From positions 1-40,588 of the forward strand of contig VBAY01000047.1 in NCBI GenBank assembly GCA_005883085.1: a stretch of 40,588 bases of DNA, read 5' to 3'. A program made the position numbers and the translations under genes. Within the stretch, counting starts at the first letter, position 1, and every line of letters starts with the position of its first letter. This document shows positions 1 through 8,651 of the stretch, piece after piece. This DNA is from Candidatus Bathyarchaeota archaeon. Lineage in GTDB: Archaea; Thermoproteota; Bathyarchaeia; 40CM-2-53-6. Under the pieces are notes generated by a model. That model was not told the DNA's origin and did no database searches. It saw nothing but the letters and a program-made list of their open reading frames with translations.

Positions 1-1
1 G

Positions 2-727
2 AAAAATGTCACAAGGGTACTTTTGGAATTGGGCGGGAAGAATCCTCACATTGTCTTCCCTGACGCAGACTTAGCGAAGGCCGCTAAAAGTGTGAGGGAG
101 GGCATTTTCACCAATGCCGGACAGATGTGCTGGGCTGGATCTAGAGCATTCATTCACGAGAGCGTATACGATGCTTTCGTAAAGGACCTCGTCGCCAAGA
201 CCCGAACGATAAAAATCGGGCCCGGCACGGATGAAACCAGCGAGATGGGACCCTTAGCCTCAAAGTCTCGCCAAGATGTAGTTCTGGGGTTTGTCAAGGA
301 CGGCCTCGAGGAAGGGGCGACTCTTCTCTGCGGGGGGAAGAAACCATCTGACCCGAGACTGCAGAAGGGAAATTTCGTCGAGCCCACCGTTTTCGAGAAC
401 GTCAACGGAAAGATGAAAATCGGATGCGACGAGATCTTCGGACCGGTCCTAGGCATTACCAAGTTCAAGACTCTCGACGAGGTTGTTGCCATGGCCAATG
501 AGACAGATTACGGGCTTTACGGGGGAGTCTGGACGAGCAACTTGAAAGTCGCTCATGAACTCGCTGCTCGTCTCCAAGTTGGGGGACTGGCGGTGAACGA
601 GTATCTGGTGACTTTTCCCCAGACTCCGTTCGGTGGCTACAAGGACAGCGGAATAGGACATGAAAATGGTATACGCTCAATAGAGTTCTACACACGAACC
701 AAGAATGTCTCGATAAACCTCTCTTAG
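2..727 (+). CDS. NAD(P)-dependent aldehyde dehydrogenase, C-terminal part (5'-truncated by window edge)
   Basis: Frame open from base 2 (KNVTRVLLELGGKNP). ALDH motifs: LELGGK (catalytic Glu), NAGQMCWA (catalytic Cys), EIFGPV, PFGGYKDSGIG. Confidence 0.95.
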   Translation, partial: KNVTRVLLELGGKNPHIVFPDADLAKAAKSVREGIFTNAGQMCWAGSRAFIHESVYDAFVKDLVAKTRTIKIGPGTDETSEMGPLASKSRQDVVLGFVKDGLEEGATLLCGGKKPSDPRLQKGNFVEPTVFENVNGKMKIGCDEIFGPVLGITKFKTLDEVVAMANETDYGLYGGVWTSNLKVAHELAARLQVGGLAVNEYLVTFPQTPFGGYKDSGIGHENGIRSIEFYTRTKNVSINLS

Positions 728-1059
728 ACACGGTAGCCGGCTCCGGTTCATTGCACCTTGAGGAGGTATGCGAACAGAACTATCGCGAAGAATCGCTCAT
801 TTTCAGCCCTGATCTTGAAAATGGGAGGGGGTTTCTAGATTTCCCTCTAATCATTCGGGGATGACCCGTTAAAATCCTTAGATTTGCCTCCCCATCTAAG
901 CCTGAATCGTGCTCTGACCGGCTTGTCTCGCCCAAAATCATTGCCAGACAAGGAATCGTTCCCGGGGGAGGGGGTCTTGCACAGAGCATCTCGTGACGCA
1001 AGAGTGGTGGAGTCCTCGAAGTCCCTGGCTAATCAAAGGAGAGTAGAGATTCTTTCGAG

Positions 1060-1986
1060 CTAGGTAAGCTCGTCCAGCAACGGCGTAATATCACGGTTGT
1101 AGATATCTTGCTCGACGAAAGGCTTGTCCTTCAAGGCGGGCATTCTGAGAGCCAGTTGATCCTCGAAAGTAGGTACCTCCATCTTGAAGAATACGCCGAT
1201 CGGTATCTTGTCGCCCCACTCGAAAGATTTCAATAGAGCATTTCCCTTCTTAGTGTTAACCTCGTCAGTCGAGGGATCCGCAACCACACCATTGTATCCT
1301 GAGTCCTCCAGCTTGTAGAGCCTTGGTGCCTTGACCGGAAGATCTTCGCCCCCATACCACTCCTTCGTGTTGATGTCGTTATAGGTCGGGCATGTTTGCA
1401 GAACATCTACGAACGCGCTTCCTCGATGTTCTATTGCTGCTCGGAGAGTCTGCTTCAAGTGGCGAACGTCCAGAGCATAGCTTCGCGCAACGAAGGTGTA
1501 GCCCGAGGCGACAGCCATGGCGATCGGGTTCACACGTTCAATAATAGCAGGTGCAGGCATGGACTTTGTCTTGACCCCCTTCGGCAGCGTAGGAGACGCC
1601 TGACCTTTCGTCAACCCATAGACGCCGTTGTCGTAGAGTACGTATGTGAAGTCTAGGTTCCTTCTACCCGTATTAACGAAGTGGCCTGCTCCTATTCCTA
1701 GGCCGTCTCCATCGCCACCCACAGCGACAACGGTCAGTCCAGGATTAGAAAGACGGGCACCGGTAGCGATCGGAAGCACACGACCGTGAAGTGTATGGAA
1801 CCCGTAGGCATTAACAAAGTGCGGAGTCTTGCCTGAACATCCGATACCGGAGAAGATTGCAACCCTGTGAGGTTCCAGCTGCATCTCCAGGAGAGTCATT
1901 TGGATCGCGTTGACGATTCCAAAGTCTCCGCAACCTGGGCACCAATCGTTGTGAACCTGTGTCCGGTATGTTTTCAGCTCAAGCAT
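1060..1986 (-). CDS. korB: 2-oxoacid:ferredoxin oxidoreductase beta subunit (TPP-binding)
   Basis: WCPGCGDFG, SGIGCS, HTLHGR, TPP motif GGDGDG...DNGVYGLTKGQASPT, QTCPTYN. Overlaps the stop of the alpha subunit. Substrate cannot be determined. Confidence 0.93.
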   Translation of the reverse strand: MLELKTYRTQVHNDWCPGCGDFGIVNAIQMTLLEMQLEPHRVAIFSGIGCSGKTPHFVNAYGFHTLHGRVLPIATGARLSNPGLTVVAVGGDGDGLGIGAGHFVNTGRRNLDFTYVLYDNGVYGLTKGQASPTLPKGVKTKSMPAPAIIERVNPIAMAVASGYTFVARSYALDVRHLKQTLRAAIEHRGSAFVDVLQTCPTYNDINTKEWYGGEDLPVKAPRLYKLEDSGYNGVVADPSTDEVNTKKGNALLKSFEWGDKIPIGVFFKMEVPTFEDQLALRMPALKDKPFVEQDIYNRDITPLLDELT

Positions 1987-3835
1987 GAGATACAGTAACC
2001 TCTTTGATTCCGTTCTTTATTATCTCTTTGACACCCTCGTAGATTTCGTTCTGGGAAAACGGTCTTCCATCAAACTTCACAATATTGTTGTCCATTGCAA
2101 TACCAGTTTTCTCACGGATCAGTCCTGCCATCTGTGCCGAGTAATTGTTTTCGATCGCGATTTTTCTCCGGGCTGGGCCGAGTGCCTGCTGGACGAAGTT
2201 TGTTGGGAAAGGGTTGACATATCGCACCTGTAGAAAGTTTGTCTCTATCCCGTCGCTCATGAGGTCTTCCATTCCGTCAAGGATCGCGCCCTTGGATGAT
2301 CCCCAACCGACAAGCGTAATTGGAGCAGACTTGGATCCGTATAGAGTTGCCTTTTTTGAGTCGGGAATTACTTGTCCTGCAAGCTCGATTTTTCTCATTC
2401 TCTTCCTCATCATCTTGATTCGGATATCCGGCGCCTCTGTGATATGACCATACTCGTCATGCTCGTCTCCGGTCGTCCAGAAGATTCCACCTTTCTGACC
2501 CGGAATTGCTCGAGGTGAAATGCCCATTTCTGTCCAGCGATAGCGCCGATAATCGGTGCTTGTGGCCAGATCTGATTCTCGAACCATATCTCCCCGGTCG
2601 ACCTTCAAGTTGTCGCCGTTGAAAGGAGGTATATCCTGGTACGTGCTCGCCAGGAATTTGTCGGTTAGAAGTATTACAGGTACTTGGTAGTGTTCGGCGT
2701 AGTTGAAAGCGTCGAACGTGTCGTAGTAAGTTTCGACCACATCACCCGGTGCAATTATTATCCGGGGAAATTCTCCGTGTGCAGCGTGGAGTGCAAATCT
2801 CAGGTCTGCTTGCTCCGTCCGAGTCGGTAGCCCAGTTGCAGGACCTGCCCGCTGATATAGCACGACAACTGGTCCAGGAGCTTCCGTTATTCCAGCCCAT
2901 CCCAACCCTTCGGCCATAAGAGAAAAGCCCGGGCCAGAGGTAGAGGTAGAAGATCTTAGACCAGCGTGAGCCGCACCGGTGGCCATGTTAATGGCGGAAA
3001 TCTCATCTTCTGCTTGGACGACTATCATGTTGTAGTCTTTCTGGTGGGACTCCAGGTACTCGCTTTCGTCCGTTGCTGGTGTGATGGGGTAGTAGGTTTG
3101 AAATCCACATCCCGCCTTGAGTTTCGCAATAGCCACCGCTTGTACACCTCTGATCATCATTCTCTTTCCAGAGAGCGGTTGCTTTCGCAGCTTTATCGGA
3201 AAAGCATCTTCGCCGAAACTCGTCTTTACATATTCATATCCGCGTTTTGCGGCGCTGACGTTTAGGTCTCCGAGAGCTGCTTTGCGTCCCGTGAATCCTT
3301 CCCTGATCGCCTCGGTTGCGAGGTCAAAGTCGTAATCGGCGAGGCCGAGGGAAGCGCCTAGAGCAATCGTGTTGACCATCACCTGGTATTTGCTAAGTTC
3401 CTTGTCTTTTCCGAACTCTTTCAGAGCCTCGACGAGAAGATCCATGTAGGGAATCGGAAAGAGTCTGATATCATCACGCCCGAAAGAGTCGGGTGTTAGG
3501 TTCAAGCTGCGGTCGTAGATTATTCCACCTCCAGGGCTGACCTCGTGTCTGTGCCCTCGATGGGTAGGGTGAGCCTTGTTCATGTCGCCAAAGAGTGTTT
3601 CCCGGTCGAGGGCCACGAGTAAGTCTACCCAGTCCACATGGGATCGGGGCGCTTTTGACTCTACCCTGAGCCTGTAGTAGCTGTGTTCCCCCTTGATGTT
3701 AGAATGATACTCGATGTTAGCAAAGATATGGAGTCCTCCCCGAATGCATGCTTTTGCAAAGTTCTCGGCAACCGAGTTGATCCCGCTGCCCTGAGGACCG
3801 CCTATCATCCAGGTGAAACTGTTGGTTACTGTCAA
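1979..3835 (-). CDS. korA: 2-oxoacid:ferredoxin oxidoreductase alpha subunit (gamma-alpha fusion)
   Basis: N-terminal GGPQGSGI...IKGEHS gamma domain; YPITPAT, QAEDEISA, TSTSGPGFSLM, QRAGPATGLPT, TGDEHDEYG. TTG start. Confidence 0.93.
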   Translation of the reverse strand: MTVTNSFTWMIGGPQGSGINSVAENFAKACIRGGLHIFANIEYHSNIKGEHSYYRLRVESKAPRSHVDWVDLLVALDRETLFGDMNKAHPTHRGHRHEVSPGGGIIYDRSLNLTPDSFGRDDIRLFPIPYMDLLVEALKEFGKDKELSKYQVMVNTIALGASLGLADYDFDLATEAIREGFTGRKAALGDLNVSAAKRGYEYVKTSFGEDAFPIKLRKQPLSGKRMMIRGVQAVAIAKLKAGCGFQTYYPITPATDESEYLESHQKDYNMIVVQAEDEISAINMATGAAHAGLRSSTSTSGPGFSLMAEGLGWAGITEAPGPVVVLYQRAGPATGLPTRTEQADLRFALHAAHGEFPRIIIAPGDVVETYYDTFDAFNYAEHYQVPVILLTDKFLASTYQDIPPFNGDNLKVDRGDMVRESDLATSTDYRRYRWTEMGISPRAIPGQKGGIFWTTGDEHDEYGHITEAPDIRIKMMRKRMRKIELAGQVIPDSKKATLYGSKSAPITLVGWGSSKGAILDGMEDLMSDGIETNFLQVRYVNPFPTNFVQQALGPARRKIAIENNYSAQMAGLIREKTGIAMDNNIVKFDGRPFSQNEIYEGVKEIIKNGIKEVTVSHA

Positions 3836-3995
3836 CTTCCCGCATAATAGGGATCGTCTAGCATAGAAAATTCTTTGCCCTTCGAGGGTTCGCGGTCTTA
3901 AGGCTGATAGCGAACATTGGTCTATGTTAGACAGCGAGCAGGCCGCTTGAAAACAAGCGCTATATAGGCATAGTCAACCGAGACTTCGTTTCGCC

Positions 3996-4703
3996 ATGAA
4001 TAGGATGGGACGAGCGGCACTGGCTGAGGCCTATGGGACCTTTCTTCTCACCATGATTGGGCCAGGGACAATTATGGCTGTCACGTTGCTCGATGTCGGG
4101 GGAACGAGTGCAGGACTCGGCTTTATCGGGCTCGCCCACGGAGTAGCTCTCTTGTTGGCGGTGTACACTATAGGTCGCTTGACCGGTGCCCACATCAATC
4201 CCGCGGTGACAATAGCTCATTGGGCTACACGGAGGATGGAGACAAAGAAGGTGGCACCGTACGTTCTGGGACAGCTTGCAGGCGCGTCCGTTGCTGGTTT
4301 CATTCAGCTCGCATTGTGGACCTCTAGCAACAGCCCTAGACTCCTGCGGGCGGCTCATTCAACCTTCCTTGGAGATACCGTTCCAAGCCCTGAATTCGGA
4401 ATCGGAGCGGTGCTTCTAGCCGAAGTGATCGGTACTGCCATTCTCGTCTTCACCGTATTCGGGGCCACCGACAAGGCTGCCGACCCAAGCCGGGCAGGTG
4501 TCACCATAGGATTCGCTCTGGCAGCGATCATCTGGATGTTCGGCCCGGTTTCTGGGGCGTCCCTTAACCCTGCTAGAACGTGGGGGCCGACCCTCGCTTC
4601 AGCAGTGTTCAGCCTGACCCCGCTAGGGAATCTATGGATATATGTCGTTGGCCCGGTTCTGGGAGGGTTGCTTGGAGCCTTCCTATACGATGCGTTCAGG
4701 TAG
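3996..4703 (+). CDS. MIP-family channel (aquaporin)
   Basis: Six hydrophobic segments, two NPA boxes (GAHINPAVT, GASLNPART), AE motifs in TM1 and TM4. TATA-like tatata at ~3961-3966. Confidence 0.95.
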   Translation: MNRMGRAALAEAYGTFLLTMIGPGTIMAVTLLDVGGTSAGLGFIGLAHGVALLLAVYTIGRLTGAHINPAVTIAHWATRRMETKKVAPYVLGQLAGASVAGFIQLALWTSSNSPRLLRAAHSTFLGDTVPSPEFGIGAVLLAEVIGTAILVFTVFGATDKAADPSRAGVTIGFALAAIIWMFGPVSGASLNPARTWGPTLASAVFSLTPLGNLWIYVVGPVLGGLLGAFLYDAFR

Positions 4704-4785
4704 AGCCTAGAAGGAAGCATTCCAGAGATTCCTCACGAATATTTCCGGATCGAACATGAACCAGTACGTGGAGGCCTTGACTAGC

Positions 4786-5124
4786 TCAGGCCTTGGTCTG
4801 AGCTGGTGTTGCAGGCTGGACTGGGGGAGGAGTGTAGCCGGGGTTGACTCTCTGATTGATCTCGTTAGCGAGGGCGTGTCCGTGGAGAATAACCGTGACC
4901 TTCTTGACACCCTCAAGTTTCGACGTAAGGTTCCTAATGTTCATTCCAATGTCTTCCGCAAAGATGGGTGGACAGAACGGCGCAGTCAGATGATATTTGA
5001 TCAAAATCTCCCCGTTCTCTTGGATGTTTATCTCGTCAACTAGATGCATCTCGGTGATCGGAAGCCCGAGCTCCGGATCAACAACCTTCTCAAGCTCCTT
5101 TTCGACTGCGTCGACAGTGACCAT
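4786..5124 (-). CDS. DUF59/SufT-like (FeS_assembly_P) metal-sulfur cluster assembly protein
   Basis: LEKVVDPELGLPITEMHLV and LTAPFCP signature. ATG at 5124 is preferred over 5145 because a minus-strand TATAAA lies at 5157-5162. Confidence 0.88.
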   Translation of the reverse strand: MVTVDAVEKELEKVVDPELGLPITEMHLVDEINIQENGEILIKYHLTAPFCPPIFAEDIGMNIRNLTSKLEGVKKVTVILHGHALANEINQRVNPGYTPPPVQPATPAQTKA

Positions 5125-5244
5125 ACTCTTCGTATAGACAAGCATGTCCGTTTTGATTTATAGGTTCCTTGGGGGGTAAGACTGAGTGCTTAGGCTGACT
5201 GCTAATTGTGAGCGATCTCGGACGGAAGGTAAGACTCTTCGGGA

Positions 5245-5269
5245 TTATGACATAAGTTATGTTTAAATA
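5245..5269 (+). promoter_or_regulatory. Palindromic candidate operator abutting the TATA box of the HTH regulator
   Basis: Perfect inverted repeat ACATAA-G-TTATGT (5250-5262), overlapping TTATG-A-CATAA (5245-5255), immediately followed by TTTAAATA (5262-5269). Confidence 0.55.
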
Positions 5270-5301
5270 GATTTTACAAGCTATTTGTCCTCGTCGTCTT
5301 A

Positions 5302-5751
5302 TTGATTATTCCTTGTGAAGTTGCAGCGAAATCGGTCATTCCTGCATTACGAGCAATGATAGCTCGTGAACTGATAGAAGGCTATGGAATGAAGCAGGAA
5401 CTTGTCGCCCAACGGTTGGGAATTACACAAGCTGCAGTCAGCAAATACAGACACCAGGTTCGCGGAGAGGCTGTCGACCTGGGAACTGCGGCAGAAGTCC
5501 GTCAGATGAGCCGGGATATCGCCTCGACTCTTGTCGGTAACCCTGACCCGCTGGATGTGTCCAGAAAGTTCTGTCAAGCGTGTACGGACATTCGTGCCCT
5601 AGGCCTCATGTGCGAGACGTGCAGAAAGGTCGACCCCAGTTGGGACGTTGAGCACTGCACAATCTGTTTCGGCCACCACAGTTGCGCCGAGACTGTTACC
5701 ATCGAGCCGAGCAGCATAGCGAAGTACAGAAAAATCCCGATCCAACACTGA
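5302..5751 (+). CDS. Archaeal HTH transcriptional regulator with Cys-rich C-terminal metal/Fe-S binding region
   Basis: PCEVAAKSVIPALRAMIAREL N-terminus, HTH (QELVAQRLGITQAAVSKY), then CQAC, CETC, CTIC and HHSC. Confidence 0.88.
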   Translation: MIIPCEVAAKSVIPALRAMIARELIEGYGMKQELVAQRLGITQAAVSKYRHQVRGEAVDLGTAAEVRQMSRDIASTLVGNPDPLDVSRKFCQACTDIRALGLMCETCRKVDPSWDVEHCTICFGHHSCAETVTIEPSSIAKYRKIPIQH

Positions 5752-5852
5752 CCACACAAAGGATCGAAGTCCCAGCGGGTCTTCTGGACCAACTACCCAA
5801 ACAAATGAGCCAAACGATGTTCACTCTTGCTACTCTATGTGACCGAAGGATC

Positions 5853-5963
5853 TCAGAATTTGATGACCCTTCCGCTGGAGGATTTTCTGTACGGTCCCCT
5901 CTTTCGTTTGCGAGCCTTATCTTTAGATTCTCTTCTGCGAATCATCTTGTCTTCAACGCTCAT
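5853..5963 (-). CDS. Small highly basic protein (36 aa), below the ORF-track length cutoff
   Basis: ATG at 5963 to TGA at 5853 gives MSVEDKMIRRRESKDKARKRKRGPYRKSSSGRVIKF. It fills an otherwise empty gap; AT-rich TTTAAA at ~6018-6023 upstream. Confidence 0.55.
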   Translation of the reverse strand: MSVEDKMIRRRESKDKARKRKRGPYRKSSSGRVIKF

Positions 5964-6067
5964 TAGTTCTGTTCACTCTGTTTCGCTCCTAGCTATGCTT
6001 CCTAGCAACTCAATCCCTTTAAATTGCTCACTAACGGGGATTGAGGAAGTAGGAGGCTCCGAACACC

Positions 6068-6493
6068 TTGAAGCTCGGCTTTGGAAGGCCGAAACAGAAA
6101 GACCCCTCAATCGAAGGCAGTGCTGAGTCCGCGGCGGGCAACAGATTGAAAGAGCTTTGCGGTGGGGATAGCGATCTATATGGAGCAATGTCCCGCCTCA
6201 TGTTCCTTGATCCGAAAAAAATCACGATGCCCCTAGAGCGGGTGGTAGGGGATGCTCAAGAATACGAGGCGCAGGGAAACAAGCTGAGAGCGGAGGTCGC
6301 TTACAGGATTGCCGGTGGGATCTCTCTCTACAGAAGCGACGTGGACAGCGTGAACAAGTTTTTTTCGAAAGCTGCCTCGTTGGCAGGCGACTCTCACCCC
6401 GAGTATCAAGTCATTCTCAAGCGGAGCAGTGAGGCGGTTGCTATAGCTCGAAAGTACTATGAGGAATTCAGACCCTCGGTGGCACAGACTTGA
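6068..6493 (+). CDS. Hypothetical alpha-helical protein (TPR-like helix pair)
   Basis: Protein-like composition, no overlap with neighbours, GGAGG upstream of the TTG start, helix pattern AQEYEAQGNKLRAEVAYRIA. Confidence 0.7.
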   Translation: MKLGFGRPKQKDPSIEGSAESAAGNRLKELCGGDSDLYGAMSRLMFLDPKKITMPLERVVGDAQEYEAQGNKLRAEVAYRIAGGISLYRSDVDSVNKFFSKAASLAGDSHPEYQVILKRSSEAVAIARKYYEEFRPSVAQT

Positions 6494-6511
6494 ACAGAGA
6501 TACTAGACAGG

Positions 6512-6787
6512 CTATCGGGTTATCCTAAATCCTCGAAACTCGCCTTTGAACTCTAACCAGTCTACCGCAACGCCCCTTACCTTGGCTCCGAGCGGACCGA
6601 CATGACAGAACCTTATGAGCTCGTCTAGCCTTTCTTTGTCACCCTCCGCGACTGCTTCCACCCTTCCATCCGGAAGATTTCTCACCCAGCCTGTAAGTCC
6701 TAGTCGCCCGGCCCGTTCAGTGATCTCTCTTCGGAAGAAGACCCCCTGCACTGTGCCACTAATCAGAATTCGTGTGCGAACTAACAA
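6512..6787 (-). CDS. acyP: Acylphosphatase
   Basis: GTVQGVFFR and GWVRNLPDGRVEAVAEG signatures. Confidence 0.95.
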   Translation of the reverse strand: MLVRTRILISGTVQGVFFRREITERAGRLGLTGWVRNLPDGRVEAVAEGDKERLDELIRFCHVGPLGAKVRGVAVDWLEFKGEFRGFRITR

Positions 6788-6854
6788 TGGTTAAACACGG
6801 TGATAGGCTCAGGTCAGTTGGCAAGTTCCCGAAAGCAGAGAAATCGTATTAGCT

Positions 6855-7301
6855 CTAGGTAGCTGGTGTCGAGGCAAGTTGTGGAACTGGAGGTTGAGGG
6901 ATGGGTTCCTTGGCCACTTCCACAATGTCCAGAACGAGTTTCTCAGTTTTCAGTCCGTTCATAGCGGAGAAGGCGTCGAGGGTCATGTAGATGTCTCCAG
7001 CGTCCTCTGCTTCCAGTCTCAGACCCATTCTGACGAGAACTTCTCTAGTTCGAGGAAATGTCACGAGGAGATCGCCAATTGCGGTGTCGCCCCGGATGGT
7101 TCCGATGGTGATCCTGGGACGTTCCGCAATTGGAGGTTCTAGGCGTGTGGGCGATCGGGTGATTTGTACGGGTGAGGCTGGAGGCCTCTTCGAGTCGACC
7201 TTTTTTGGAATATTTCTAGTCTTCGCGGGTTTGCCCGATTTAGTCCTCCTAGCTAGCCTCTTGGTTGCCTTCCTAGAGGCTCCCCGCTTCTTCGCCGCCA
7301 T
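6855..7301 (-). CDS. Protein with Lys/Arg-rich disordered N-terminus and a Cys-less DUF1858/ScdA_N-like domain
   Basis: MAAKKRGASRKATKRLARR... followed by IRGDTAIGDLLVTFPRTREVLVRMGL...TLDAFSAMNGLKTEKLVLDI, which resembles DUF1858 (IxxDxxIxELLxxYPxxxEVLxxxGL...TLxxAxxxxGID). GAGGAG RBS upstream. Confidence 0.65.
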   Translation of the reverse strand: MAAKKRGASRKATKRLARRTKSGKPAKTRNIPKKVDSKRPPASPVQITRSPTRLEPPIAERPRITIGTIRGDTAIGDLLVTFPRTREVLVRMGLRLEAEDAGDIYMTLDAFSAMNGLKTEKLVLDIVEVAKEPIPQPPVPQLASTPAT

Positions 7302-7393
7302 GAAAACACTCCTCTATCTTAGGTAGTAGGTGGGGACCTGCGTTAAAAGATTCGCGAGAGCACCATAGCCTTGGGGAGGATATTGGAGTGAGG

Positions 7394-8545
7394 TCAAGGT
7401 GCGGGTTCGACGGACCAAGCAATTGGAAGGTTGTAGGGTACCTGTTGGATCTGTTTAGTAGCCCTTATTCGGAGTTCGTCCGCCATGCTGGTGATGATGG
7501 GACTGGAGTAATCCTCTATTCTCCCCTCGTCCGACAGATTGGCAATCCTTGGGTCCAGCGGGACCGCACCTAGAAAGGCTAATCCTAAACCTTGGGCCAG
7601 CTTTTGGCCTTTAGGGTCTCCGAATAGGCTGATTCTCTTACCGCAGTGAGGACAGTCTAGATAGCTCATATTCTCCACAAGTCCAAGGATCGGCGCTTCC
7701 ATCTTCTTGGCCATGTTCACTGCCTTGGACACGATCATGGAAGTAAGGTCCTGTGGGGAAGAAACGATTATGACGCCGTCCAGCGGAAGGGACTGAAAGA
7801 CCGTCAAGGGTGCATCACTGGTTCCAGGTGGAAGATCGACGAGTAAATAATGGAGGTCCCCCCAGTCAACGTCCCAATAGAGCTGGCGGATCACGCTGTT
7901 AACGATTGGACCGCGCCACACAACAGGCATGTTCGGATCCTCTAAGACTAAGTTGATTGACATGACCTTGATCCCGGTTTTCGTCTTGATTGGCACGATC
8001 CCTCCACTGGCCCCCTTGTAGGGCTTACCGGTCACACCAAGAACTTTGGCGATGCTTGGACCTGTGAGGTCGGCGTCCAATACTCCAACCTCATACCCGC
8101 GTCGCCTGAGCTCTGAGGCAAGCATACTTGTGACGAACGATTTTCCGACCCCCCCTTTTCCCGACATCACCGCAATTATGTTGCGAACGCCCCGTTTGCC
8201 CAACCGTTCAATCCCAGCGCCAACGGCGGACCCACTCTTCTGAAAGGTGGATGGGCTTGTCCCTCCTTTCATCATTGCCTTCAATTCTTCAAGCTCCTTC
8301 CGCGTCATGGTCGTCGTCTCAACCATGACGGACCGCACTCCCTCCAGCTTCTGCACGGCGCTCTCTACGTCAGCCTGAAGTGTCTTTGCCAGTGGACAGT
8401 GGGCCACTGTCAGGGCAATCTTGACGTTAACGCGTCCATCGTTTATAGAAATGTCGCGTACCATGTTCAGATCAACAATGCTTCGGCCGATCTCCGGGTC
8501 TAGCACGCTCTTCAGCCCTTCCATGACTAGCTTCTTATCAACCAA
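7394..8545 (-). CDS. apbC: Mrp/NBP35/ApbC Fe-S cluster carrier ATPase with N-terminal DUF59 domain
   Basis: VLDPEIGRSIVDLNMV...LTVAHCPL (DUF59), deviant Walker A SGKGGVGKS, WRGP, DLPPGTSD, ENMSYLDCPHCG. Confidence 0.93.
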   Translation of the reverse strand: MVDKKLVMEGLKSVLDPEIGRSIVDLNMVRDISINDGRVNVKIALTVAHCPLAKTLQADVESAVQKLEGVRSVMVETTTMTRKELEELKAMMKGGTSPSTFQKSGSAVGAGIERLGKRGVRNIIAVMSGKGGVGKSFVTSMLASELRRRGYEVGVLDADLTGPSIAKVLGVTGKPYKGASGGIVPIKTKTGIKVMSINLVLEDPNMPVVWRGPIVNSVIRQLYWDVDWGDLHYLLVDLPPGTSDAPLTVFQSLPLDGVIIVSSPQDLTSMIVSKAVNMAKKMEAPILGLVENMSYLDCPHCGKRISLFGDPKGQKLAQGLGLAFLGAVPLDPRIANLSDEGRIEDYSSPIITSMADELRIRATKQIQQVPYNLPIAWSVEPAP

Positions 8546-8651
8546 AGCACAAATCGCACTCCAAACAGTGATCAGTACGCCTCCGTCGCTATTTACAGTC
8601 TCCTTACGGTAGCCAACAAGGTTGTTATCCTAACTCGCTTGGTTAGATGCA

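Noticed and set aside
729-1059. RNase P or SRP RNA in the first intergenic gap
   Set aside because: The partial look-alikes (GAGGACTCC on minus, AACAGAA on plus) are on opposite strands and incomplete; no SRP helix-8 motif was seen.
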